Below, piece after piece: positions 38,161 through 57,704 of a DNA stretch of 64,000 nt (position 1 is the first letter of the stretch; each line of letters begins with the position of its first letter). The notes under the pieces were generated by a model. That model was not told the DNA's origin. It did not search any database and saw nothing but the letters and a program-made list of their open reading frames with translations. The stretch lies in contig VJWM01000283.1 in the NCBI GenBank assembly GCA_010909165.1, positions 71,081 through 135,080 of the forward strand, in the 5' to 3' direction. This DNA is from Anthoceros angustus. Lineage: Eukaryota > Plantae > Anthocerotophyta. The position numbers were made by a program, and so were the translations under genes.

Positions 38161-39207
38161 TTGCACTACTTCTAACTCTGCTGCAAGTTGCTTCCCTTGT
38201 AAATAGTTGCTTTGGAATTGCTTTGATTTGGGTGCGTGGCGGTGCCTAAGGAACTCTCGGCTTGAGGGGCAGCTTTAGAGAAAGACTCTTTGGAGATTCT
38301 CGTCGTTTGGTGCAAACCCATAGTCCAAGGAAGAACTTTCTGGCTTGTTGGCAGACCCCAGGCAGTTGTGGCGTAAGGGCGAGCTTGGGCCAGATTGCTT
38401 TGAAGTCGTGTTAGTTTAGGAGGCCGGATCGAGGCATGTTGAGTTGAGTTGCATGTTGAGGATGGAGTTGATGGCACCCTATTGGTGGTAGGGCATGCCC
38501 CCACGTGTGTAGGTGAAACCGACCTATTGGTTCATCTTATCTAGCTCTTCGCGCCCGTCCAGTGATTCATGCTTGTCCACCTATTAGCTCTTCGCTCTGA
38601 CGCGAAGACATAGATTTGGTTAGACTTTTGTCCATTTCAATCCACGTTTTAGCTCTCTCCATCCATCTATTCGTCTTAGCTTTCTCTATCCATCTAAGTA
38701 TTCTCATTCTTCTCGCTCTCTCCATCCACGTTTAGCTCTCTCCACTAATCACTTCTTCTCGCTCTCTCCATCGACGTTTTAACCTTGAGAGAGCGAAGGC
38801 GAGAGAGAGAAGAACGTGAATAACTAGATTATTGATAGAGAGGGCGGGGTTTTAATATTTTCTTTTGTTCCAAAACTGTTAAAAAACCTAAAAGTATACA
38901 GAAATGAGTTTGTATTGTTAATACGATCCCCAATATGAGAAATGCATATATTCCTTGTTCGAGGTCTCGAGTCTCATTAACTCGCAAGATATTCCACTCA
39001 GAAACCGATAATCCCCAACAAATCTCCGAAAACTAGCTGTGACAGGAAGAGAACAGCTGTGTACACAAAGCGGCCAAAGATAACAGTGCTTCACGTTTTG
39101 CAGCTTACATGCTGAGAGCTCTTGGAGCAGGCATTCAACTTTTATCACTAGCGTTGCCAAGAGTCACCTGTTAAAGGCAGCCAACTGTAACGAATGCCTT
39201 ACAAGCC

Positions 39208-46350
<7,143 letters not shown>

Positions 46351-46859
46351 CGGAAACCACAGAGAAAGCTGGCGCAGCAGCGCTACAACACCGCTAGATC
46401 TTCCCGGGCACTAACCAGCCCTCAATGCCCGACCATCTCCAGCGAGCAGAGGATGTTCTGCGTGCTACTCAAGATTGACATCTACTGCACCTGAGCCACA
46501 AAGCCGCCAGCTCAACAAGCTTCAGACATGTAAAGGCACCGCCCTCAGCTGAGCGTCCACGCTGGAGAAAACAATACCACCGAGAGTTGAGCGGTTGAAA
46601 CGTAGGCGAGCCAAGTCTCGGACTCGATGCACCCACGGGCCCAATCACAATAACAGTCGAGGATGTGTACGTAATATATATAATAATATACGTAATGCGC
46701 GAGGAATAAGTCGTGGTATGTATGCAAGTTTTGCCGAAACTTGTTTTATATTACAATATATATACATGGGGGTTCTTAAATAATAAACCGAAGTTACTGA
46801 TCCCAGTCTACATCGAGACCTATGAAACTTTTGTGGTCTCGCTCAAGGAAACAAGCGCT

Positions 46860-47280
46860 TTATGGTCGGCCGGTGCCGCATAGGTGCTGCCGGCCATGGC
46901 GGCTGCGGCTGGCAATGGCGGCGGTGGCGGGAGGCCGCTGCAATGGCGCGGCGGCGGGAGGCGGCTGCCGGGCAATGGCGGCCGGTGGCGGGGAGGCCGC
47001 CTACTCGCGATGGCGGCGGTGGCGGAGGCGCCTACTGCGATGGCGGCGATGGCGGGCGCCTACTCGCGATGGCGGCTGGTGGCGAGCCGCCTACTCACAA
47101 TGGCGGCGGTGGCGGGGTGGCACTACTCACGATGACGGCCGGTGGAAGCGGGCGCTACGGGCGATGGCGACTCCATGGCGGGCAATCGCTACAAGCGATG
47201 GCGGTAGCGTGTGGCGGCCGGCTACGATGATGGGTCGTCGAGAGGGCGGGAGCTTGTGATGGCGGGCCATCTATGGCCAA
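46860..47280. repeat. GC-rich low-complexity array (TGGCGG / GCCTACTCGCGATGGCGG units)
   Basis: CCTACTCGCGATGGCGG and variants repeated at ~47000, 47030, 47060 and 47090. Confidence 0.75.
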
Positions 47281-47901
47281 GCTCGGTGTCATGATCGGGC
47301 CTTGTCGCGACCACTCGTAGGAGAGGTAACACTATGCAGGTGATCTGTGCATTGTGTCTCCTTGCGGGTGCTATGCTATGGCTTGCAATCGGCTCCTCCC
47401 GGCCTCCTAGGGTGTCTTCCCTGCCACTCCAACTTGTGGTGCTTAGATGCCACTCACCCTAAGACACTTACTACCATGCCACTACCGGGCTCGTTGGTTG
47501 GCAGCTTATTCCACTATCCCACAAGCCTTCTTTCACTCTAATCCGCAGTTCTGGTCCATGTAGGTCCTACTCGAGTGGGGGAAATTAATCGAGCCATAGT
47601 TGACCTCCCCGGGCACCTGCCCATGGATCAAGGTGATATGGAGTTTGATGGACCTCTTGCTCCGGTTGAGGTGCCACCTACTCCTCCATCCCTTCCTAGA
47701 CCTCCTCCTCTGGTTGAGGAGCGACGCTATCCTATGCGTCAACGTAACCCTAGGCACCTATGGAATGAGAAGCCCTTTGACATTGAATTTAACCAAGCGA
47801 GCTTTTCATCCCTTGAACATTCAGATTCTCTTTTTGCTTTAACTATTGCTGCTGCAGAGGGAGATCTGCTTACGCTCCAAGAGGCCTATTCTTGGCCCGA
47901 G

Positions 47902-50900
47902 GTACCGTGGCGCCGACTGACGGCCAACGCGCCACATAATCGTGTCGTTGTAGTAAGGAGTCAGTTCCCAAGAGAATGATAGGCTCCGCTTGCCACGTTT
48001 CAATCGTTTCTCACCTCAACATCGTGTCCGTTTCACTCAAACACACGCTGCTCACCGCTTTCGACTAACTACCGCAACGTTCACCGAATGGCCCGGCAAA
48101 CGTTTAAGGACTCGGTCCGTGATCATCTAGTACCTGCGTTCTTCTAGTCCGTTCTTCTCACCACCTCTACACTCATCGTTCTTGGGAAAGCAGGGTGGCT
48201 GTCAGGACCTCCTCGCCCGCCGCCTCCGTCCGGTTTACACGCCCTCCGAGTTCCTCCGGCTCATCGCTCGTCCGCCTAACGCCCTCCGCCTGACGCAAGG
48301 GTCTCCGATTGGTTGCCCCTGCACACACCACCACACGCTAAGGTCCGTCACCGGGACCTTGATCGATCTCTTGATTTGTCGTGCTTGCTCGATGACTCAG
48401 ACTCACGCTTAGCAAGAAGACGCAAAGGTTTGCAAGGAAGCCAGATCCGCACTCAAGAGAAAGATCTTGTACTAGGGTCGCTCGCCTCTTATACGCCCAA
48501 GGTCGGCTCTTTATTACACTCTATTCGAAACATGGCCTCAAAATACCTTGCTATCCGCCTACTATTTCCCTTATTCCGCATCTACGCCGGTACGTGGGGT
48601 GGTTGCTCTCGGTTCCGCCTTGGCGGCTGGGCGGCCAAGCCCTAGCCGACAGGGCGCACCTAATCGGATGATCCGGCGGGGCCCCTACCCCTTCCCGAGA
48701 CTGCTGGGGCCGAGCCACCCGGCGGCACGACAACGGATCACCACCAAGTCCTCCTCCCCCTCCTCTCTTGCCTCGCTGGTGGGCCCTTGTTCAGCGGGCC
48801 CTCTAAGAGATGGCTCTGTCTGGGCAGGTGATTGGTGACTCCCTTCTGCCCCCTGAGTGTGGACCTCAAGGTCCAGTCCGGGTCCAGTCTTCTCTATGGA
48901 GTCCGAACCTCGAGGTCCGGCCTTCTCTCCGGAGTCCGGACCTCAAGTCCGATTTCATGGGTCCGGTCCTCGGTCGGTCTTCTCTCGAGTCCGGACTGTG
49001 AGTCCGATCATGGGTCCTTGACAGGCCTGGGTGGACTACCCAAAGGTTCATCCTCACCCACCGGGCCCTCCCTTTGGTCCAGGTTTCCCGGACCCGCTCC
49101 TTCTGACCTCCTGTGGCCTCCTCCCTCCTTCCAAGGTGAAGTGGAGTGCTTACCTCAGGCGCAGTGGCATTCATTACATCCTGCTCCTCCAGCTGATCTC
49201 CCTCCTCAGCTGGTGCTGCCGCCATGACAGCGCTCCCAACGCCCGTCGTCTTGTCTCGGGGCCTTCCTCCTCGCCAGCCTTAACGTCCGGGTCCGCTCCA
49301 TCTGTCGAGGGTAACGCAGGACCTCTAGAGCCTTGAGGAGCTCCGCGTGGTAATAGGCAAAGTCTGAATCGACTTGTTGAATTGCCTCTTCCACATGAGC
49401 CCGGAGCACCCGGTACTCCCTCCTCCATAGGTGCTCCAGAGCTGGGCATGTTGTCCCATCAACTGCTCGCCGGGCCAAAGCCAGGCAACCGGCGGGACTC
49501 CTTGAGGCCGCGAAGGCCGCCGACACCTCCTGCGCCTGCGCTCGCCGACGTGCTCCTCCTCCCTCCGTCGTTGTAGCTCTACCGCAGCGGCCATGGAGCT
49601 CTCCTCCGCCCTCCACCCACCGCTCTTCTCCCGAGCCCTCGCCTCCGTTCATCTTTGCCCAGTCCGCCATCTCCCTCTCCAGGCCCGGTATCTCGGCCCG
49701 GCTCCTGGCTTCCTCCAACTCCTTCTTCAACTCGGCGATGTCCAACTCCTTGGATCGCCGCCAACTCTCCTCCGTCTCAAGCAGGCTGATGCCCCTATCT
49801 CCCGCTCATGGTTTGCAATCACTGGAGGGCTCCATGTCAGCAAGCTGTATCTTGAGCTGGCTCGGGGTTTCTCATGCGTCCTCCATTTCCCGGCTCCGCT
49901 TTCCAGGCTTGGGTGGAGATCCTCCATCTCAGGCTTGGCCTCCTTTTCCTCCGCCTTGCCTTGCCTCGCGCGTGTGGTTTGCTCTACTTGAGATTGGCCG
50001 CGTGTGTGCCCGCCGTTTCCCTCCACCGGTTCTTGTCCCTCATTAGTGGTCTCGGCCACCGGCGGCTTGACCTCCGCGCACTTTTCACCCGAGCCTCTGT
50101 GCTTGGTGCTCGCTCGCCGAGCTGTCTCGACGAGGTCCCGGGCCCGCTCCGCTTGCCTCCGGGCCTCCTCCGACTCCTTCTGCGCTGCCTCCCTCCGTTT
50201 GCAGAGGTCTCTGTAAGGCCTCTCGTTGCTTCATGCACATGTGAAGGATCACACAGTCTGTTGTCGGGACAGCATCTCTCTCCGCCTTGCCTCACCTCCA
50301 CCCTTGCGAGTGACTCCGCCTTCTTTCGACCCGCTTGGGCCGCCTCTACCTGCCCCTGGAGTTCCACCATCCTTCGCCTGGTGGCCTCCACTTCTTGGGT
50401 CTTCTCCGCTGTTCCGCAGAGACCCCAAAGCATACCGTCCATGACGGTAGCCAAAACCCGCCGTGTTTCTTCCACGGCCGCCGCTGGGGAGATACCCAGG
50501 AAGTCCGCTGTGGGAGCGGGCATCTCCCGGTCCGTCAAGGACCGCCATACTGCAGTCCGGAGGGAGTCCGAACTGGACTCTCCGGACCCAATCAGGACCC
50601 TCAGGTCCTGAGTGCTTCGGTCCGGAGCCTCTACTTCTTTGGCCCTCTTGGCCGCTAGCTCCTTCTCCGCCTTCTCCGCTTGGGGCTCGGAGGTGGTGAA
50701 GAGTCCGAGGGCCTCTTGCCTCTCCCGGTCGGGGCAGAGCGGGGTGAGCCGCTGCCTCCCTCCCACTGGCAAGGCCCTTTCCGCCCTCACGCCTCCTCCG
50801 CTTCCTCCCACTCCGTCGGTGGGCGGCGACACGATCTGGTAGGCGCGCACCTTGCCTTCCCCATCGAGTCCGGCGAGGCTCGCGGCCGGCTCCGCTGGCC

Positions 50901-52426
50901 GGAGTTGCACTGCCACTCCCATCCGGCCGCCTCTTCCTGCTTTGCGGTGGGGAACCGAGGAGAGAAGCGAATGTCTTCCACACTGGTGGCGAGGGGGGTC
51001 CGTTCAGGCGTATGAGTCCGGAATCCCTCCCGGTTGTCTCCTCCTTAGGACCCACTTGCTGGGTCGAGGGCCTCGGCCTCCTGCGCTCTTCCTTCTCTCT
51101 CGCCTCGGTAGCTGACCCTTTCCGGTAGTGCCCTCCCCTCCTTGGGGTTCATGCCCCACACATGAATGAGGCAGGCGATATGGCCGAGGGGTGGCTTCGC
51201 TTCTCGCCCGGACCTCGGTTGATTTGGGCGAAGATTATCCCCGCCAAGGCTTTCCCATACGAGGTCGTGGAGGAACACCAGTTATCACCAAGGTGGTCCA
51301 CCTTGGTGAGTATTCCGATTTATAATCTCGCCCCGCCCCTGCCTGGGAGGTCCGAGCATCGACCACCCGGAGGATCGGCTGTGTCCCACAGTCGCAAAGG
51401 CCGCCTGCTTCCACCTTCCCTTCACCTTAGGGCTCCGTTACTACTCCCTACTTCCTCCTTGGGCGGTTGTAGGCCGCCTCATGACCTCCACGGCCCACCT
51501 CAGGAGTCCTCACAGTTCTTGAACGGACCTCCTTGTTGGCTGCGCTAACATTTTCAGGCGTACTCCCGGACTAAGGTGATTGCAAAGGTCCGGCAGTACC
51601 GGTCTGTGCCATTCCTCCACCAGCTCCTCCGCCTCCTTAAGGACCAAGAATGCGTAGCGCTTGGACGATGTTGCGCTCCACCAAGCGCCATGGCTCCCAC
51701 ACTCCGCCGCTTTCTTGGGTCCCATCACCACGCCTTTTGTTCATTGTTGGGACTTGAGGCTCAACAATCTCTCGCTCTCGCTGGCGTTAGTCGCTCCGCA
51801 AAGTCGATCCGGCGTGAGGGTGCTGGCCTTCGAAAGACAACGCCAGAGCCGAGTGTCTGAGCGAGAGAGTAAAACCGCAGCGAGGTTGCTTGGAAGAATG
51901 ACCTCATACTGGTCCACTCGCCGTAGCAAGTCGCGGGCGCCTCTGTGCATCGCTGAGGCCTGCATGGCTTACTCCGCTATACGCCTGCTTACTCGCCTTT
52001 ACGCTGCATTGCCTTTACTCCCGCATTGCCGAGCGTGAATACCGCATATAACGGCAGCGACAACCCTACTGCCCCCGGGTCCGGTGCTGCATGCCCGTCA
52101 CCTCTCGCATCCCCACGTGGCTTGCCGTCTCTAAAACACGCTCCAACTTCTAAGTTACTTTACTTGGCGTATTTTATCGCCCCGCCCGGTGTGGTCCGGA
52201 CTTTCGGTGTGCCCCCGATGATCGGCAGGTGGTCCGGACTCGCGATCGGTAGTCTGATACGACTTGCGGTGTTCGAGTTCCTCCTAGCCGGAGTCCCAAC
52301 TACTCCCGAGTGCTATGAGTACTACTGGACTTATTTCTTCCTTTCCGCCTTATTTTCTGCTCCGCACCTACGAAAAAAACAAAACCTAACTCATTTCCTA
52401 CCCCCGGGGAGAGTCTGCGGTCCACA
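47902..52426 (-). mobile_element. 4.5-kb unclassified insertion in copia-2 with degenerate coiled-coil-like ORF(s)
   Basis: Boundaries are defined by the resumption of the copia frame; ends ...GGTCCACA; E/K/R-rich minus-strand ORF pieces at 49200-51000; no RT, INT or transposase motif recognised. Confidence 0.7.
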
Positions 52427-52494
52427 GCAGCTAAGTGGAAATTTGCTATTGATGATGAATACAACTCATTTATCAAGAATAACACTTGGACACT

Positions 52495-55400
52495 TGTGGT
52501 AGGGAGAATCCGGGGCACTCCCGAGGTCCTCCCACTATAGCGGCCACACTTATCCCACTGCCGCTCAGACGCTTGGGTTTCGGCCCCATGAGACTTGTGT
52601 GAAAATTCGAGGCCTTGTGGTCACCAATCGCCACCTCCGCACAACTCTCCCTCTCAACAAGCAAGGCGCCACTACTCTCCCCTCACAGCAGCACCACTTG
52701 CACCGAAAATCGCCAACCTTGACCCACAAACAGCTGCAGTCCCGCCTCAGCGAGGAGTCTCACGCCTGGGGACCCCCGGTTCACACCGCGATTTCGTCCC
52801 TACTTAAGACCAAACTTCGACCTACAACGACACAACACACCAGGTGTCCCGCCTCAAGAAGAAGGAGCCTACCACGGCGCCTGGACCCCCGGTTCACACC
52901 GCGATTTCGTCCCTACTTAAGGCTACTCTTCTCCACCTGTGGGAGCACTTTTGCATTTGGGATTCGTCCCTTAGGCTCGCCTGTGGCCTTCCACTAACAC
53001 CTACACCTCTAATCCTCTACTCATCTTCTCATCTCCTCATCCTCTTCCTCCTAGTCTAACCTCGCTTCTGGCCACTTACCCTCACGGCACAACTCCCGCC
53101 TCCACCAGCAAGTTCTTCCTTGGGCGGTTGCTATGAGTTTGACACAGGCGAGAACCTCCGAGTCTTTCCCGTAGTCTACCCTCAAGCCGAGAGTTCTCCG
53201 GGCATTTGCCACACACCCAAAGCAAAGCAATTTCACAGAACCATTCACAAGGGGAGCAACTCGTTTAGGCACTTGCGTGAGCAAGTCCTCCACCAAGCAC
53301 CCGACCACCGCGACTTCCTCTCTACGACGTGGTTGGCTCACACCGCACGAAATTCCTCTCAGAATGGCAAAGGACTCGATGAGCGTGGAAGCGCAAGACA
53401 TGATACTTTATTTTGTGAAATCCTCCTCCTCTTATAGGAGGCCTTCCACATACAACCTCCCTTGGGTGACCCCTACGCAGTCACCTTTTCCAATATTCTA
53501 TTATTTCCTACAGATTTAAGGCTGGCATCTAAGTCTATCGATCCTAGGTAAATTCTATTCTAGCAACTTCACCTATGGCCACTCTTTAATGTTGCCAACC
53601 TACACCACCTATCCTTCCCATTCCCCAAAGCTCATTTATGGTCATTGACAATTCTCAGGTCCTTATCTTGTCTGACGGGTTCCCTTAGTTGGTCTTCTCA
53701 TCCCCTTTTGCTGCTGGTCTTCCCTTTTTGCTGGTCTTCCCGACCTCGACTCCCTATGACTTTTGGGCAATACCTTCCCGCCTTCGACCTTTGGGGCAAG
53801 TACCTTGCCTTCTTCCGCCTGGGCGGCGCCCGATTCCTCTTGCCATCCAGCAATCGCGCCTTCCGCACTTTCGAATGGCCCATCTTCTAGCCTCCCGGCG
53901 GCGCTCCTTCAAAGGGCACCTACCGCGTAGTCGCAGACTCGGTAGGTGACTACCATGGTAGTCGGTCCCTATCTCCTTCCCTCTTCCTCATCGGTGATGG
54001 TCCACAGGGTTGAGATCCTTTTTGCTCCTTTCCTGTTGTTTGATTTGTCCATACCTATTATGGAGCATGTTTTCAAAGGTTCCTCCCCATTTCTGACCGA
54101 TGTTGTCACCTCGCTAATTCCTCCGGGCCTTCTTTGCGTGGTCTCCTCTCTCTGGCTGGCTCCTCCCTTATCCGTGGGGTGAGGGAATTTCTTACCCTTC
54201 TCGCCTTCACGGGCCATACTTCTTTGGTCTCCTCGGTGGCATTGCTCCTCAACCACCTTATCATCTATCTTAGGGGCATGTTGCGGATCCCCCGCCCTTC
54301 CATCCTCAATCCCTTCGTGGCTGGCTCCCCTCGGTCCTCCAGAGGTACCGCCTCACGCCGGGCAGACTACCACGAGGTGGCACCTACCACGGTAGTCCGG
54401 GGACTGGTAGGGTGGTCACCGTGGTAGGGGGTGACCCCCTACCTTGCTTCTGCGCCATCTCCTTCCTTTGGCGCCGAGGACTCATCCTCCTCTCCTTCAC
54501 TTGTGGAACAAGTGACCTCCTTCTCTGCACTTATGTTGGTAGGTTGAGCTCCTCTTTGTGATTTTTCATTCTCCTAGGGAGACAACCTCCTCCTTAACAT
54601 CTCCGGGGCCAAAGTACTTGCCTCCCCTACCATCGCCTCCCCTCAATAGCACTTGCATCCATTGCCTCCTGACCCACGCGTAGGCACGCCCCGCCGGTAG
54701 GCGCCTCCCCACGGAGAGGCTGCCTCCCACCGTGGTAGGCCTTCTTCCCTCCTGTTTCCTTATGGCACTATGGGCTCCTCTCTCGCCATTTCTTCTCCAA
54801 ACTCCTCGGAGTCCATATCGCTTGTGACCTCATCAAAATCTAAGGCCCTGCTTACTGCAGAGGGCCTCCCTATCATCATCGTGTGGCCCAAGCATCCTCC
54901 TCTTCACAATTATTGTAGGCCTCCACACACCATGCCATCGCCCAATATTTTTGGCAATGGGTTTACACTCCAAACTACCACCATGCGCTTCATGAGTTGG
55001 GGTTTCTTGGCCTTGAAACCCTTCACGGCATCCACACAGCTTCCTCCGAACCAGCCTCATCCTTGCAGCTTGGCTCTTAGCAATCCCATGAGGAGAACAA
55101 ACACCAAGCTAAGCACCAAGAACACTAAGGACGTCCCTCTTAGAAGAAATTCACTCTCAAAACCAAGCCAAGGCACACCAAGACCCAAGAAATTGGTGCC
55201 ACAAGAAAGAGAACACCAAGAGGAGATGGCATCACTCTTAAGAAGGCACACACAGAGGGCGCACACAAGCTCTAGCTCACTCCCCTCTGCACTTTTAGGC
55301 AGTCTTCTCTTCTCATGCGACAATTATAGCAGGCTCCTAAATTGCAGCCATAGATTTGAGTGGTTCTTTGCAAGCATGTGGCCATATCCCATCCATTATT

Positions 55401-57704
55401 TGCCATACCATAACCTCTAATTTCTATCGTAGCCATCAATCCCCACCATGAATCTAAGGATCCTTTCCATCCATCTTGCACAAATTCAAGACCCTAGTTG
55501 GTTTGCACCAAGAAGGCTCTTAAGTCATCAATCCTTCAGCTCCTGTGCAAGAGCAACATTCCCTGCATCTCCTTGGCCCTAGGCGCTCCCATAGAGACCA
55601 TCCTACCCAGCAAAACCCAAGGAAAAAGCTCAATCCTCAGCCTCCAAAATCCGTGCGCCGGGCTGCGCCTGCAACTCCTACTAAGAACTTTCCCAATCAG
55701 CTCCCGTGTGTCTTTTGCAAATATAAGCTCATACTCCTCACACAAAAGGCACCCCATCTGAGTATTGATCCGCCCATAGGACGCTTAACTCCAAGTTCTT
55801 ATATATATATCCAATCCAACACACCAAGTTCCTTGTGCATATCTTTTGCATACATTTTGGTGTTTCATTATTGAACTCCTCACCAAGCTCCTTCTCCACA
55901 TTTCTCCTTAGCGAACTCCTTCACCAACTCTCGAATCAGCCTACCTTGCTGCCCAATTCTCCTCGCGGCCACCACAACGACCTCCCTTCACACCTACTTG
56001 CAGCCCAACTGCGAATTTTGCCTTCATGATGCACACCCCATTGCGATTCCTTCACCATATTGCAGCCCATCTGCAATACTGCCTTCCTGTGGTGTGCCAC
56101 CTCCATCTTGCGCCAGTGTAAATTCAGCTTGCCATGGCCTCTCCTAGTTCGACACGGCCCTATCATGCCATCCTCACATCATTACTCCGCAAGTACTTCC
56201 ACATGCTTGGCACCATGGCCTCCTCTTGCAAATGACTAGCATTTTGCACCATAACTCCAGCTCTCTTCTGTCTTCTTCATCCTTAGCCTTGTGGCCTTCA
56301 CCCCGCGCAACATGTGCTAGGCACTCTCCAATTCCCTTCCTGGTGCCTACCTACCACGTGGCTGCCTACCTACGGTCTTTGGGTACCCGGGCTATAGTGG
56401 GTACCCACTCACCTTATGCGTGTTGTTCCTATCACGGTAGGGTGTGCACCTACCATGGTAGCGTCTCCCTATACACCATTTGGCCCTATCCGCTGCATCT
56501 CTTGAGCTCCTCTGGGGCTCGCTCATGGAGGTTTCCTCCTCCTCGTGACAACCCCGGGTTCTACCACTTCCTCCTCTTCCTTGCAGTCCTCCAGCCTTGA
56601 TCTTGCGGCAGCCTTGTCCTCAGTGTCTTCTTCAACATAAAAGGCAATGGTCTTTCCATGCTTGGCACGAGATGGACAATCTCGAATGGATGCCAAGAAC
56701 CTTCCAGCTCCTTGCAATTTCCACACACACACCGGCCTTGACCTCGCCCTTGCTCACACCCCTAGCTCTTATACCCTTGCTTTTCCTTACGAGTTTCCAA
56801 TTCTGTGATTTGAAGAAGGAATTCTCTAAGGTTCCAGTTCTTACATCTTCTCCAGCAAGTTGAGAGTCCCTTCTCCATAATTTCTCTTCAATTTTGACAT
56901 GCCTTGCTCTTCCCAACACTCCTTTGGGCTTGGGCAAGCATTGCCTTCTTCCTTCCACCCGGCCCTTTCCTTCCTTCTTCTTCTCTTGTTGCACCTACTT
57001 GTCTTGCCTATTTTCCTCTTGCTGCCTAGCTTGCGCCTCTTCTCTATCCACACAGGCGCCGCATACTCTGTGTGGGGCTCTTCTGACTCTTGGTGTGGCG
57101 CCTTCTGCAGTGTTGGCGCTTCCTCACCTTCAAGTTGTGACCTCCTACACACATGCAGTTATAAAGATAACTTGGGGTTAGGAATGGTAACTACCAATCT
57201 ACTCGCCCTTGGATATGCACCACGTGGCACCTTTTCTGATTGATTGGAGTTTCCCAATTCCTCTTATACTAAGATACTATTTCCCCTAGTTTCCTAACGG
57301 CCCAATCTAGCTTTTAATTTCCTATTCGACCCATTTATCTAGTCCACTATTGGTGGGCATATATAGTGGATATCTCCCTATCCTAATTTCCCTTTTGTCC
57401 AAGATCTCGTCACCTACCCTGATACGCCTTCCCTCCTCTCTACCGCGTGGTGTGGCGACCTCTGACGGTAGTCACTGCACCGCCCTTGGTTGCCATTACG
57501 CCTTGCACGGGGTCGTTTTGACCCGTTCTTCTTCCTCGGATATCCTCTTAGCCTTCCTAACAATATCCTACAACTCCGGCTTCAAGATTCTCGAGAAAAT
57601 TTCACAGCATGCTCCTCTTCAATCGTTCCTAGCCAAAAAAAATCAAACTTGTTCGTCTTCGGGCTCTTTTGGGCTGGTTGCCCAAACTTTTGCGTTCCAC
57701 AACA
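52495..57704 (-). mobile_element. 5.2-kb unclassified insertion in copia-2 with TGTGG...CCACAACA ends
   Basis: Boundaries are defined by the resumption of the copia frame; short inverted ends; charged ORF remnants on the minus strand; no catalytic motif recognised. Confidence 0.7.

Noticed and set aside
47902-52427. Insert read as a GT...AG intron in copia-2
   Set aside because: Splicing at those dinucleotides would shift the pol frame by one base; copia pol is not expected to have such an intron
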